A DNA stretch of 32,000 nucleotides, taken from contig JAZQJI010000039.1 in assembly GCA_045541475.1 (NCBI GenBank), positions 1 to 32,000 on the forward strand, read 5' to 3'. The notes beneath the pieces are model-generated. The model had not been told where the DNA came from and did no database searches. It saw nothing but the letters and a program-made list of their open reading frames with translations. Of the stretch, positions 17,314-29,389 are shown piece by piece. The DNA is from Oscillospiraceae bacterium. Lineage in GTDB: Bacteria > Bacillota > Clostridia > Oscillospirales > Ruminococcaceae. How positions within the stretch are numbered: the stretch's first letter is position 1; each line of letters begins with the position of its first letter. The position numbers and the translations under genes are program-made.

Positions 17314-18378
17314 TCAGTCGTTAATACCCTTGATGGTGTTTTCAAATTCGGGCTTGATATCAATCTTAAAGCCGGTAAGTCTTGCGGCAAGCTTAGCATT
17401 CTGACCTCTGTTGCCGATTGCAAGCGAAAGCTGATTGTTGGGCACGATAACAGTGCATTTTTTTGCATCTTCATCATCAATTGTTACGCTGATAACATCT
17501 GCAGGAGCAAGCGCTTTTGCGATAAACTCCTCAGGTACATCGCTGTAATTGATAAGATCAATTTTTTCGCCGTTAAGCTCTTCAACAATTGCGTTGATAC
17601 GGCTTCTGCGAGGACCGATGCAAGCGCCGATAGCATCAACATCAGCATTTTTGGACTGCACGGCGATTTTTGTTCTGGCTCCCGCTTCTCTTGAAATCGC
17701 CTTGATTTCAACTGTGCCATCATAAATTTCAGGCACTTCAAGCTCAAACAATCTCTTAACAAGGTCTTTATGTGTTCGAGAAATCTTGATAATAGGCTTT
17801 TTATCGGGATTGAGAATTTGAACGACGTATACCTTTACGATATCGCCTTCAACAAGTGTTTCACCGGGAATCTGTTCGTTTTTGAAAAGATAAAGCTCTG
17901 TTCCGTCGTAGATAAGGTTAACTGTACCTCTGTTAGGCTCAACCTTTGTTACGGTAACAGTGATACATTCATGTTCCTTGCTGCCGAACTGTTCAATCAA
18001 TTTAGCGCGGTTGATTTCTTTGATATCGCCTCTGATTGACTGCTTTGCAGCCTGTGCTGCAACACGGCCGAACTTTGATTTATCAAGCGGAATATGGCAG
18101 GTATCACCAACAGTAATGCGCTTTTTATATGTCTTTGCCTCGGAAATGTTGATTTCGTTTGCGCTGTCCTCAGGCATACCCTCAACAACAGTTTTAAGCA
18201 GTGCCATTTCGAAAATGTTGTTTTCGGGGTCGATAATAACACTTATTCGTTCAGTGTCGGGATAATCCCTTTTGATTGCCTTTGTGATTGCCTGCGTAAT
18301 CTTCTCTGCGAGAACGGACGCATCAACACCGTTTTCCTTTTCAAGTAAGGCGAGTGCCTCAAAGAAATCCTTGCTCAT
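17314..18378 (-). CDS. nusA: transcription termination/antitermination factor NusA
   Basis: 354 aa with an N-terminal domain, an S1 domain and two KH domains (GACIGPRRSRI, AIGNRGQNAKLA). The start forms an ATGA overlap with the rimP stop. Confidence 0.97.
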   Translation of the reverse strand: MSKDFFEALALLEKENGVDASVLAEKITQAITKAIKRDYPDTERISVIIDPENNIFEMALLKTVVEGMPEDSANEINISEAKTYKKRITVGDTCHIPLDKSKFGRVAAQAAKQSIRGDIKEINRAKLIEQFGSKEHECITVTVTKVEPNRGTVNLIYDGTELYLFKNEQIPGETLVEGDIVKVYVVQILNPDKKPIIKISRTHKDLVKRLFELEVPEIYDGTVEIKAISREAGARTKIAVQSKNADVDAIGACIGPRRSRINAIVEELNGEKIDLINYSDVPEEFIAKALAPADVISVTIDDEDAKKCTVIVPNNQLSLAIGNRGQNAKLAARLTGFKIDIKPEFENTIKGIND

Positions 18379-18866
18379 AGATCTTCTCCTTCATAAGCTG
18401 TATTGTCAATAATTTTTACCGATGCAATTTCTGCAAATTTAAGCGAAACTTCATTTTCGCCCTTTAAGGTTAACTTTTCGTTGTCAAATTCTGATAAAGT
18501 GCCAAAAAAATCTCTAACTCCGTCAACGGGTCGAATGGTTTTTACGGCAACGTCATATCCTGTATATTCTTCAAAATGGCTTTGACGGGTAAGTTCACGC
18601 TCCAAACCGGGCGAGCAAACCTCAAAAATATCCCACGGTACTTCTTTATATTCGCTGTCAAGCAATTTATCAAGCGGACGGTTCACAGCAACGCAATCGT
18701 CAATATCAATAATACCTTCGGTCTTATCGATATAAACACGCAGGTACCACGAAGCGCCTTCTTTTTCGTAGCGGATATCCCAAAGCTTATAGCCAAGTTC
18801 ATCTACAACGCTTTGCGCAACAGCACTTACTTTGCTTTCCGTAGGGCTGTAATTTTTAAGTTTCAT
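18375..18866 (-). CDS. rimP: ribosome maturation factor RimP
   Basis: 163 aa starting at ATG 18866 (MKLKNYSPTES). The track's TTG start at 18884 overlaps the SD itself (aaaGGAGtgcgttgATG), so ATG 18866 is preferred. Confidence 0.9.
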   Translation of the reverse strand: MKLKNYSPTESKVSAVAQSVVDELGYKLWDIRYEKEGASWYLRVYIDKTEGIIDIDDCVAVNRPLDKLLDSEYKEVPWDIFEVCSPGLERELTRQSHFEEYTGYDVAVKTIRPVDGVRDFFGTLSEFDNEKLTLKGENEVSLKFAEIASVKIIDNTAYEGEDL

Positions 18867-18903
18867 CAACGCACTCCTTTTCAAAAAAATCCTTATACAT
18901 AAA

Positions 18904-18932
18904 CGAAAGACCGAAATGATTTCGGTCTTTCG
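18904..18932 (-). promoter_or_regulatory. leader hairpin (attenuator/terminator-like or 5' stabiliser) in the rimP-nusA 5' UTR
   Basis: A perfect 13-bp stem, cgaaagaccgaaa / uuucggucuuucg, with a 3-nt loop. On the minus strand it is followed by uuuauguauaaggauuuuuuu. It lies between the predicted promoter and the rimP SD. Confidence 0.55.
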
Positions 18933-18949
18933 ATGTAACTATCATAAGT

Positions 18950-18978
18950 AGTATAACACAGTTATTTCCAAAAATCAA
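18950..18978 (-). promoter_or_regulatory. SigA-type promoter with extended -10 for the rimP-nusA-infB operon
   Basis: Minus strand: TTGATT (18978-18973), 17-nt spacer, then TGtTATACT (-10 hexamer at 18955-18950). Confidence 0.6.
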
Positions 18979-19026
18979 GTCTTTTTTCAAAAAAACGAAA
19001 AAAACCCTGATTTATCAGAAAAAGCA

Positions 19027-19626
19027 CTACATTTCATTACGGTTTTCCAGTGCTTTAAACAGTGTTACTTCATCGGCATACTCAACAGAAGCGCCGACAG
19101 GCAAGCCAAAAGCAAGCCTTGTTACCTTTACGCCAAGCGGCTTTAAAAGTCGTGCAACATACATAGCAGTTGCTTCACCCTCAACAGTGGGGTTGGTTGC
19201 CATAATAATTTCCTTGATATTGTCGTCAACTCTCGCCAAAAGCTCTTTAATCTTGAGCATATCGGGCGTTACGCCGTCAATGGGAGAAACAAGCCCGTGC
19301 AGAACATGGTAAGAGCCTTTATATTCACCCGTGCGTTCAAAGGCTGAAATATCCTTTGGTGATTCAACCACGCAGATAACTGACTTTTCACGTCTGATAT
19401 CATCACATATAGGGCAAATATCATTCTCCGAAAGATTGCAGCAGCATTTGCAATGCTTAATTTTCGTCTTGGCATTTACAATGGCGTCTGCAAGCTCTTT
19501 AGCTTCGGTTTCGCTCATTGTCATGACAAAATATGCAAGTCGCTGTGCCGTTTTCATGCCAATTCCGGGCAACTTTGCAAATTGCTCGGCAAGCACAACA
19601 AGCGGCAATGCATCGTTATTTTTCAT
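19027..19626 (-). CDS. recR: recombination protein RecR
   Basis: 199 aa with a helix-hairpin-helix (LPGIGMKTAQRLA), a C4 zinc finger (CKCCCN..CPICDD) and a Toprim domain. Confidence 0.97.
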   Translation of the reverse strand: MKNNDALPLVVLAEQFAKLPGIGMKTAQRLAYFVMTMSETEAKELADAIVNAKTKIKHCKCCCNLSENDICPICDDIRREKSVICVVESPKDISAFERTGEYKGSYHVLHGLVSPIDGVTPDMLKIKELLARVDDNIKEIIMATNPTVEGEATAMYVARLLKPLGVKVTRLAFGLPVGASVEYADEVTLFKALENRNEM

Positions 19627-19638
19627 TATAATTTATTC

Positions 19639-19989
19639 TTAGAACATTCCGGGGATCGAAACGCCGCCTGTTACCTTGCTAACCTCTTCTTCTGTGATAG
19701 CGTCGATATGAGCAACAGTTTCATTAAATGCGCTGATGATAAGATCCTGAAGCATCTCGATATCTTCAGCATTTACTACCTCAGGCTTGATTGTAAGGGA
19801 CTTAATAACCTTTTTACCGGACATAACAAGCTCAACAGCACCGCCGCCTACACTTCTTGTAAAATCACGGCTTTCGATGTCCTCCTGAACCTGAGTAATC
19901 TGCTCCTGCATTTTCTGAGCCTGGCGGATCATCTGATTCATATTCTGAGCGCCGCCTGCACCCATACCCTTAGGCAATCTTGATTTCAT
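19639..19989 (-). CDS. ybaB: YbaB/EbfC family nucleoid-associated protein
   Basis: 116 aa in the conserved position between dnaX and recR. The sequence MNQMIRQAQKMQEQI..V is typical of YbaB. A GGAGGA SD is present. Confidence 0.9.
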   Translation of the reverse strand: MKSRLPKGMGAGGAQNMNQMIRQAQKMQEQITQVQEDIESRDFTRSVGGGAVELVMSGKKVIKSLTIKPEVVNAEDIEMLQDLIISAFNETVAHIDAITEEEVSKVTGGVSIPGMF

Positions 19990-20028
19990 ATAAAGTTTCC
20001 TCCTGATTTTTTATATTTTTATTATTTA

Positions 20029-21621
20029 TTATCCTTGCGGAATGATCTCCGTAGGAACACCCGACGCCTGTGCCGATTTTACAAAGGCTTCGGACTTTTC
20101 AACCGTTGTTTGTGCTGATTGTTTTACCTTTGCTCTTATAACATATTGTTTTCCGAGCACGTTCTTTATAGCTTCGCTTAAAGCAGATTTATTCTCGGGC
20201 TCTTTAAATAACTGCATAAAGAATGGGTTTTTTGCAATAATCAGCATAATATTTTCATGTGCATACGCAACCGAGCCATCAAGACTGCCTGCAACGGACG
20301 GAGCAAAATTGAAAAATTCGTCAATAACTTCGTTCCATTTATCCACACGCTTGAAATCCTCAGTTTTAATTTTAGACAAATCAACCTGAGGTTCAGGTGC
20401 CTCCTCGCGCTTTTTGGGCGCAGGTACATCAGTGGTTTTGAATGACGGTGCGTGATTAATATTTTCAAGGCGTTTTTCAAGAAGATATATTCTTTCTTCA
20501 AGTGCCTTTATTTCTTTTGAGTTAACATTGCTATTTACGCTTTGCGACATACAAAGCTTGATAAAGCACATTTCAAGATGAGCACGCTTATTAACTGCAC
20601 GAGGCAAGCCATCGGCGCACGATGAAATTTCGCTAAGAATTGATATAATAGAATCAAGCGAATGTTTTTTAGAAATCTCTGCAATTCTATCAATTTCATC
20701 GGGCATACAATCAAGCAAAGACTTATTGCCGTTTGTTGCCTTTAAAAGCATCATGTTGCGGTATTGCAAGATTAAATCCGTGCAGAGTCTTGACATATCC
20801 TTAGACATGGAATAAAGCTTTGCTACAATATCAAGCACGTTTGAGATATCTTTATCAGCAACGCCGTTCATGATATCAAATAAATATTCCCTTGAAGCAA
20901 TGCCTGCTGCCGAAGCAACGGTATCGCAATCAATGTTATCAGAAAAAGCAGCGCATTGGTCAAGCAAAGATAAAGCGTCACGCATACCGCCATCGGCAAG
21001 TGCCGCTATACGCAATGCCGCATCATCTGAAAGGGTAAAATTTTCATTATCGGCAATAAATTTCAGTCTTTGTGCGATATCGGCAGGCATAATTCTACGA
21101 AAATCAAACCTTTGACATCTTGAAAGAATTGTTGCCGGTATTTTATGCACTTCAGTAGTGGCAAGAATAAATTTAACATGAGCAGGCGGTTCTTCAAGCA
21201 ATTTAAGCAGGGCGTTAAACGCACTGACGCTGAGCATATGAACCTCATCTATGATATACACCTTATACTTACAGCGTTGGGGTGTGAAAAGTGCGCCTTC
21301 ACGCAAATCGCGGATATCATCAACGCCGTTGTTGGACGCCGCGTCAATTTCAATAATATCACTTAAAGCGAAATCGTCTGCATCCACACAGACTTCACAT
21401 TCTCCGCAAGGGTTGCCGTTTTGAGTATCAAGACAATTTATTGCTTTTGCAAAAATTCTTGCGCAGGTAGTTTTGCCAGTTCCGCGTGAGCCTGTAAAAA
21501 GATAGGCGTGTGCGGTGCGGTTATTTTTAATTTGATTGCACAATGTAACGGTGATGTGCGACTGCGAAATAACATCATCAAATGATTTTGGACGCCATTT
21601 TGTGTACAGTGCTTTATACAT
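20029..21621 (-). CDS. dnaX: DNA polymerase III subunit gamma/tau
   Basis: Walker A GSRGTGKTT, a zinc module CxxxxxxxxCGECEVC, and the SRC motif (LSRCQRF). I chose ATG 21621 (MYKALYTKWRPKSF) because a strong GGGAGGTG SD lies 6 nt upstream. The track's start at 21645 has no SD. Confidence 0.95.
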   Translation of the reverse strand: MYKALYTKWRPKSFDDVISQSHITVTLCNQIKNNRTAHAYLFTGSRGTGKTTCARIFAKAINCLDTQNGNPCGECEVCVDADDFALSDIIEIDAASNNGVDDIRDLREGALFTPQRCKYKVYIIDEVHMLSVSAFNALLKLLEEPPAHVKFILATTEVHKIPATILSRCQRFDFRRIMPADIAQRLKFIADNENFTLSDDAALRIAALADGGMRDALSLLDQCAAFSDNIDCDTVASAAGIASREYLFDIMNGVADKDISNVLDIVAKLYSMSKDMSRLCTDLILQYRNMMLLKATNGNKSLLDCMPDEIDRIAEISKKHSLDSIISILSEISSCADGLPRAVNKRAHLEMCFIKLCMSQSVNSNVNSKEIKALEERIYLLEKRLENINHAPSFKTTDVPAPKKREEAPEPQVDLSKIKTEDFKRVDKWNEVIDEFFNFAPSVAGSLDGSVAYAHENIMLIIAKNPFFMQLFKEPENKSALSEAIKNVLGKQYVIRAKVKQSAQTTVEKSEAFVKSAQASGVPTEIIPQG

Positions 21622-21654
21622 TAGCCGCACCTCCCATTGTGCCATTTCTCAAAA

Positions 21655-21783
21655 ATTCCGAAACATAGGTGTGCAGGCTTACTGCGGCACATGGAACGGT
21701 CTGCTTAATGCTGCTCGGTTCCCCGCCTGACATGGTTCACAGTGACCCATTGCACAGGGCCCGCACACCTATATTTCGGAATT
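21655..21783 (-). ncRNA. ffs: signal recognition particle RNA, small (4.5S-like) form
   Basis: The minus strand forms a long hairpin. The terminal arms AATTCCGAAATATAGGTGTGC and GCACACCTATGTTTCGGAATT pair with each other. The apex GUCAGGCGG-GGAA-CCGAGCAGC..AAGCAGA matches the conserved domain IV of E. coli 4.5S RNA (GUCAGGUCC-GGAA-GGAAGCAGC..AAGGCAGA). The position directly upstream of dnaX matches Bacillus. Ends are approximate to about 5 nt. Confidence 0.85.
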
Positions 21784-21792
21784 ACTCAATGT

Positions 21793-21821
21793 ATTATACC
21801 ACATACTTTTAATAAATGCAA
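21793..21821 (-). promoter_or_regulatory. SigA-type promoter with extended -10 for ffs (and probably dnaX-ybaB-recR)
   Basis: Minus strand: TTGCAT (21821-21816), 17-nt spacer, then TGgTATAAT (-10 hexamer at 21798-21793). The predicted transcription start site (TSS) coincides with the 5' end of the SRP RNA hairpin. Confidence 0.7.
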
Positions 21822-21856
21822 GTATTTTTTTTAAAATTTTCAATCATCAAAATTGC

Positions 21857-21891
21857 AACAAAAAGGTGCAAGAACAAAGAATCCTTGCACC
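21857..21891 (-). terminator. intrinsic terminator of the atp operon
   Basis: Stem ggugcaag (21891-21884 on the minus strand) pairs with cuugcacc (21872-21865), followed by uuuuuguug. It starts 16 nt after the atpC stop. Confidence 0.7.
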
Positions 21892-21906
21892 ATATTTCTG
21901 ATTTTA

Positions 21907-23585
<1,679 letters not shown>

Positions 23586-23588
23586 TCA

Positions 23589-24392
23589 TCAAGTGCCGCT
23601 GCCTGCGACTATTTCTGTGATTTCCTGCGTGATTGCGCCCTGTCTTGCACGGTTGTATTCAAGTTGCAGATCACTTATCATTTGCTTAGCGTTTTTGCCC
23701 GCAGAATCCATTGCCATTCTTCTTGCGGCAACTTCGCTTGCAAAGCTCTCTCTTGCGCATACAGTAATCATTCCGGCAACATATTCTCTTGCAACGTTGT
23801 TTAAAACCGTAAGCTGATCGGGTTCAAAAACCACACCGTAATTTGATTCTCTATCACTTTTTTGAAAAGGAAGCAGCCATTGAATGTATGCTTCCTGCGA
23901 CATTACGGATATATACTTTGTAGAAATAATACCGAGTTTATCAAATTTAGCATCGACAAAATCGGCACAAAGCATATCAGCCATTTCTGCGGCATTTTCA
24001 AATGAAAAATGTTCCGACGAAACAATCGGTTTGCCAAATCTTTCACACGCACGCTTACCGATTGGTATAAACTCAGCATCGGGATACTGCGCAGCCAAGC
24101 GGAACACATTTGCATTGTATCCGCCTGCAAGACCTCTGTCGCCGGCAATTACGATGATTCTTGTACGGTTTGTATCTCTTTGCTGCATATACGGACTTTT
24201 CAAACTTTCTCTGTTTGATGTCAAAAGTACGATTACCCTTTCAAGAGAATCTGAATACTGCAAACCGCCATTCATAGCTTCGTTAGCACGACGAATTTTA
24301 GAGGACGCTACAAGCCCCATTGCCTTGGTAAGCTGCAATGTTGAACTAACGCTTTTTATGCGCACACGCAGTGCTTTTGTATTACCACCCAT
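23589..24392 (-). CDS. atpG: F0F1 ATP synthase subunit gamma
   Basis: 267 aa with the N-terminus ALRVRIKSVSSTLQLTKAMGLVASSKIRRA and the C-terminus RQGAITQEITEIVAG, both typical of gamma. Confidence 0.9.
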   Translation of the reverse strand: MGGNTKALRVRIKSVSSTLQLTKAMGLVASSKIRRANEAMNGGLQYSDSLERVIVLLTSNRESLKSPYMQQRDTNRTRIIVIAGDRGLAGGYNANVFRLAAQYPDAEFIPIGKRACERFGKPIVSSEHFSFENAAEMADMLCADFVDAKFDKLGIISTKYISVMSQEAYIQWLLPFQKSDRESNYGVVFEPDQLTVLNNVAREYVAGMITVCARESFASEVAARRMAMDSAGKNAKQMISDLQLEYNRARQGAITQEITEIVAGSGT

Positions 24393-24398
24393 AAAGCT

Positions 24399-25889
24399 TT
24401 ACACCTGCATTTGCGAAAGTATTGACTTGAGCTTATCTTCGTCCGATTGTTCATAATACCCGGACTCAATTCTTTCAAGCCAATCACCGTTTTCGTTTTC
24501 AAGCTTTGCAAAAAGTCTTGCTTCGTATTCGTGAACATCCTTTACAGCAACCTTATCAAGATATCCCTTGATAACAGCGTAAACGATAGCTACCTGACAG
24601 CCAACTCTTACAGGGGCGTTTCTGCCCTGCTTTAAAACTTCAACAATTCTTTCTCCCAAAGCAAGACGTGCTTTGGTATCAGCATCAAGGTCACTGCCGA
24701 ACTGAGCAAATGATTGCAATTCACGATATTGAGAGTAGAGCAGCTTAAGCTCACCCGAAACTTTTTTCATTGCCTTAAGCTGTGCAGAACCGCCGACACG
24801 GCTAACTGAAATACCCGGATTGATTGCAGGCATAATGCCCGAATGAAAAAGCTCGGTTTCCAGGAATATTTGTCCATCAGTAATAGAAATTACGTTTGTG
24901 GGGATATATGCGGATACGTCGCCTGCCTGAGTTTCGATAATCGGCAATGCGGTAATTGAACCGCCGCCGTATTCTTCGGCAACACAGGCTGCACGTTCTA
25001 AAAGTCTTGAATGGAGATAGAAAACATCGCCGGGGTATGCTTCTCGTCCGGGCGGACGGCGTATAAGAAGAGAAAGTGCACGGTATGCAACTGCGTGCTT
25101 GCTCAAATCATCGTAAATAATAAGGACATCTTGACCTTTTTCGCGGAAATATTCTGCCATTGCACAACCGCTGTAAGGAGCAATATACTGCAAAGGCGCA
25201 CTTTCAGCAGCTGTTGCAGAAACTATAATGGTGTTTGACATGGCGTTGTTGCGGGCAAGCTCGCTCACAAGCTGTGCGACTGAAGAGCTTTTCTGTCCGA
25301 TAGCTACATAAATACAGATAACGCCTGTGTTTTTCTGATTAATAATCGTATCAATAGCAATTTCGGTTTTGCCCGTTTGTCTGTCGCCTATAATAAGCTC
25401 ACGCTGTCCTCTGCCTATGGGTATCATGCTGTCAATAGCCTTAATACCTGTTTGCAAGGGCACACTTACGCTTTTTCTTTCAATAATTCCGGGGGCTTCA
25501 GCTTCAACCGGTCGGTTACCGCTGCTTTGAATCGGTCCCTTGCCATCAATAGGTTCACCCAAAGCATTTACAACTCTGCCAAGAAAATTTTCGCCAACGG
25601 GTACGGATAAAACCTTGCCCGTTCTGTGTACGGTAGTACCTTCACGAATATCGTTATTATCTGAAAGAATTGCAACTGATACTGTTTCGTCTTCCAAATT
25701 CTGCGCAACGCCAAAGCTGCCGCCGTCAAACTCAAGCAACTCATTTGCCATACAACTACGTAGGCCGTAAACACGGGCAATACCATCGCCAACAAGTATA
25801 ACCTTGCCGGTTTCGGTCATGTCAATTCTTGCCTTATAATTCTTTATCTGATTTTTTATAATATTACTGATTTCTTCAGGTTTGTTCAT
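24399..25889 (-). CDS. atpA: F0F1 ATP synthase subunit alpha
   Basis: 496 aa with Walker A GDRQTGKT and the conserved [13 protein letters not shown]. Confidence 0.97.
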   Translation of the reverse strand: MNKPEEISNIIKNQIKNYKARIDMTETGKVILVGDGIARVYGLRSCMANELLEFDGGSFGVAQNLEDETVSVAILSDNNDIREGTTVHRTGKVLSVPVGENFLGRVVNALGEPIDGKGPIQSSGNRPVEAEAPGIIERKSVSVPLQTGIKAIDSMIPIGRGQRELIIGDRQTGKTEIAIDTIINQKNTGVICIYVAIGQKSSSVAQLVSELARNNAMSNTIIVSATAAESAPLQYIAPYSGCAMAEYFREKGQDVLIIYDDLSKHAVAYRALSLLIRRPPGREAYPGDVFYLHSRLLERAACVAEEYGGGSITALPIIETQAGDVSAYIPTNVISITDGQIFLETELFHSGIMPAINPGISVSRVGGSAQLKAMKKVSGELKLLYSQYRELQSFAQFGSDLDADTKARLALGERIVEVLKQGRNAPVRVGCQVAIVYAVIKGYLDKVAVKDVHEYEARLFAKLENENGDWLERIESGYYEQSDEDKLKSILSQMQV

Positions 25890-26415
25890 TACTAATCACA
25901 TCCTTCACATCACGCAGACGATGCTTAACACTGCCATCATAGGTTTTGCCCTCAATTTCGATTTTCAAACCGCCTATAAGCGATTTATCAACAATATAAA
26001 CAGGCCGAATTATTCTACCCGTAAGTTTTTCGAGCTTTGCAATTACAGCCTGTTTTTGATTATCATCAAGTACAACGGCAGAATAAATATCAGCGGTGCA
26101 GCTATTATTATATTCCATCACCAAAGCAGCAAATTCATCTATACAGCTGCTTATATAACGGAAATGCCCGTTTTCGCACATAAGCTTTAAAAAAGAAACG
26201 GGATATTCATCAAAAACATCGCCAAAGGCTTCATCAACAGCCTGCAAGCGTTCACTTAACGGTATTGCAGGTGATGAAAGAAACTCTATATATTCAGGGG
26301 TTTCTTCAACAACCTGTTTTACCTGCACAAGATTGCGCAAATACTCCTCGGTTTTGTTTTCCTCAACAGCAAGGGCAAACAAAGCCTTTGCATACTCTTT
26401 ATCGGTCTGCGTCAT
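25876..26415 (-). CDS. atpH: F0F1 ATP synthase subunit delta (OSCP)
   Basis: About 179 aa starting at ATG 26415 ([16 protein letters not shown]), 1 nt after the atpF stop, with a GGGTGA SD. The track's GTG at 26424 is an upstream extension. It overlaps the atpA start by 14 nt. Confidence 0.85.
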   Translation of the reverse strand: MTQTDKEYAKALFALAVEENKTEEYLRNLVQVKQVVEETPEYIEFLSSPAIPLSERLQAVDEAFGDVFDEYPVSFLKLMCENGHFRYISSCIDEFAALVMEYNNSCTADIYSAVVLDDNQKQAVIAKLEKLTGRIIRPVYIVDKSLIGGLKIEIEGKTYDGSVKHRLRDVKDVISNEQT

Positions 26416-26416
26416 A

Positions 26417-26914
26417 TTATTCACCCATACTTTCGATAAAAGAGTCTATAAAATGTTTATGATCATCTGAGGATATCTCACGCTCAAGCATTTTTTCAGC
26501 TAAAACAGAGGAAACTTCGACAATTTCTCTCTTTATGCCGTCTGCAGCCTTTTTACGTTCAAGCTCGGCTTCATCATGCGCCTGATTGATAATGGCATCT
26601 GCGGTTGTTTTCGCTTTTTCAATAATTTCTTTTTCTCGTAGCTTTGCAGTATCCACAGCAGATTTTATAACATCATCAGCCTTAGCAGAGGCTGTCTGCA
26701 ATTTTTCTTCATAAGCCATTTTATCGGCAAGAGCCTGAATTTTAGCCTCATTAGCGGCGTTGTAGTCGCTTTCAATAGAGTTTTGACGCGTTTCAAGCAT
26801 ATTCTTTACCGGCTTATAAAGAAATCTTTTTACAATCAAAAACAGCAGAACAAGGTTTGCAAGCGAAACGATCATCTGCCATATATTGACCGAAATAATA
26901 TCTAATGTTTGCAT
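26417..26914 (-). CDS. atpF: F0F1 ATP synthase subunit b
   Basis: 165 aa with a single N-terminal TM helix followed by a long charged coiled-coil region. It occupies the operon position between c and delta. Confidence 0.85.
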   Translation of the reverse strand: MQTLDIISVNIWQMIVSLANLVLLFLIVKRFLYKPVKNMLETRQNSIESDYNAANEAKIQALADKMAYEEKLQTASAKADDVIKSAVDTAKLREKEIIEKAKTTADAIINQAHDEAELERKKAADGIKREIVEVSSVLAEKMLEREISSDDHKHFIDSFIESMGE

Positions 26915-26947
26915 ATATTATACTCCAACATTACACAATGCGGCAAA

Positions 26948-28170
<1,223 letters not shown>

Positions 28171-28176
28171 TATGAA

Positions 28177-28557
28177 TCATTCCTTAATAAAAAGCGGTCT
28201 GAAAAGAATTGCAATGCGTGGGAAAATATAGGGTATTACCACTGCAATAAGACTGAATACGGGAATTAAATGCCCAAGTATTGCAGTGCCAAACAATAAA
28301 AGCATACGCATTGTCTGAGAGAATTTAATGAGATTTTTAGCGTCATTTTCAGATTTTTCAAGTGCATTTTGCACTGTTATGCCCATAAGCAAAAAATTGC
28401 CAACAGCGGCGGAAAAGCCGAGAATATTGCCAAGCAGAACAGTATAATCCCATCTGCCGATAATCAGAAAAACAGATTGCATCAGCATACTTAATATTAA
28501 CGAGAATAATGCAATATATTTGGTTTCTTTCAACACTGTTAAATCTATTTTTTTCAT
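28177..28557 (-). CDS. atpI: ATP synthase protein I (AtpI-like small membrane protein)
   Basis: About 126 aa with 4 predicted TM segments, in the first position of the atp operon. I prefer ATG 28557 (MKKIDLT); the track start at 28575 is a TTG. Confidence 0.7.
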   Translation of the reverse strand: MKKIDLTVLKETKYIALFSLILSMLMQSVFLIIGRWDYTVLLGNILGFSAAVGNFLLMGITVQNALEKSENDAKNLIKFSQTMRMLLLFGTAILGHLIPVFSLIAVVIPYIFPRIAILFRPLFIKE

Positions 28558-28674
28558 ATCAGTAAAGACCTTCAATCAACATTACATAGATGTATTATGG
28601 CACATTTTTTAGCTGTAATAATCAGCAAATTCATTTTTTAAGATTAAAGTTGCTAAAATTTTCCGCCACCATTG

Positions 28675-28703
28675 ACTATACCACAATATTACCAATAAAT
28701 CAA
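28675..28703 (-). promoter_or_regulatory. SigA-type promoter with extended -10 for the atp operon
   Basis: Minus strand: TTGATT (28703-28698), 17-nt spacer, then TGgTATAGT (-10 hexamer at 28680-28675). It predicts a ~110-nt leader. Confidence 0.6.
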
Positions 28704-28730
28704 GAGTTATTTTGGTAGATTTACTAATTT

Positions 28731-28769
28731 TTAAAAAACAAAACTGCCGAAGGGCATAACCTTCGGCAG
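28731..28769 (-). terminator. intrinsic terminator after rubrerythrin
   Basis: A perfect 10-bp stem, cugccgaagg (28769-28760) / ccuucggcag (28753-28744), with a 6-nt loop, followed by uuuuguuuuuu on the minus strand. Confidence 0.85.
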
Positions 28770-28793
28770 CAAGTATAGTATTTGACTATATGA

Positions 28794-29327
28794 TTAATAG
28801 TTTTCGCTGCGAACTTCGAAGAAGCTTTGGGGATGCAGACATACAGGACATACTTTGGGAGCCTTTGTGCCCATTACAAGATGGCCGCAGTTACGGCATT
28901 CCCACATTGTCATTTCGCCTTTTTCAAATACCTTTTGCATTTCAACATTGCTCAAAAGTGCGCGATAGCGTTCTTCGTGAGCCTTTTCGATCTGAGCAAC
29001 AGCACGGAACTGAGCAGCAAGCTGTGCAAAGCCTTCTTCTTCAGCGTCCTTTGCAAACTGATCATACATATCTGTCCACTCATAATTTTCGCCTTCAGCA
29101 GCTGCCGCAAGGTTAGCTGCTGTATCGCCCAATTCACCAAGAGCCTTAAACCAGAGCTTTGCGTGTTCCTTTTCGTTTTCTGCTGTCTTCAAAAAGATAG
29201 CTGCAATCTGCTCGTAGCCTTCTTTCTTTGCAACGGAAGCAAAATATGTGTACTTGTTTCTTGCCTGGCTTTCACCTGCGAAAGCTGTCATCAAATTCTT
29301 TTCTGTCTTTGAACCTTTCAATTCCAT
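28794..29327 (-). CDS. rbr: rubrerythrin
   Basis: 177 aa. The N-terminal diiron four-helix bundle carries [23 protein letters not shown] and EKAHEERY. The C-terminal rubredoxin-like domain has CRNCG...CPVC. Confidence 0.95.
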   Translation of the reverse strand: MELKGSKTEKNLMTAFAGESQARNKYTYFASVAKKEGYEQIAAIFLKTAENEKEHAKLWFKALGELGDTAANLAAAAEGENYEWTDMYDQFAKDAEEEGFAQLAAQFRAVAQIEKAHEERYRALLSNVEMQKVFEKGEMTMWECRNCGHLVMGTKAPKVCPVCLHPQSFFEVRSENY

Positions 29328-29389
29328 GATAAAATTCTCCTTTAAAGTGAAATAATATTTTATCCGCTTTTGCGGAAATTTAACTAAAT

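Noticed and set aside
20410-20416. A possible dnaX -1 programmed frameshift site. CAAAAAG (CCC AAA AAG) lies in the linker after domain III. The -1 frame would stop after 5 codons (GCG CGA GGA GGC ACC TGA), and a small hairpin (ACCUGA-ACC-UCAGGU) lies downstream, which is superficially like the E. coli tau/gamma arrangement.
   Set aside because: The heptamer is not a true X XXY YYZ slippery site, because C replaces A at the first position and P-site re-pairing would be poor. The hairpin is only 6 bp. No SD-like stimulator lies upstream. Gamma production by frameshifting is not established for Firmicutes. It would need proteomics or a western blot to revive.
28572-28634. A 20-codon sORF (MNLLIITAKKCAIIHLCNVD) in the ~110-nt atp operon leader, considered as a possible AtpZ-like or leader peptide.
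   Set aside because: No SD precedes its ATG (an A/T-only context). It is far shorter than AtpZ. The hydrophobic composition is expected by chance in AT-rich sequence. I cannot check conservation.
29330-29389. A PerR/Fur box upstream of rbr (GATAAAATATTATTTC) and a terminator after perR (a 5-bp uccgc/gcgga stem).
   Set aside because: The AT-rich stretch is not a convincing palindrome and matches the 7-1-7 consensus poorly. The hairpin is too short to call a terminator with confidence. It is mentioned only as context in the perR-rbr finding.
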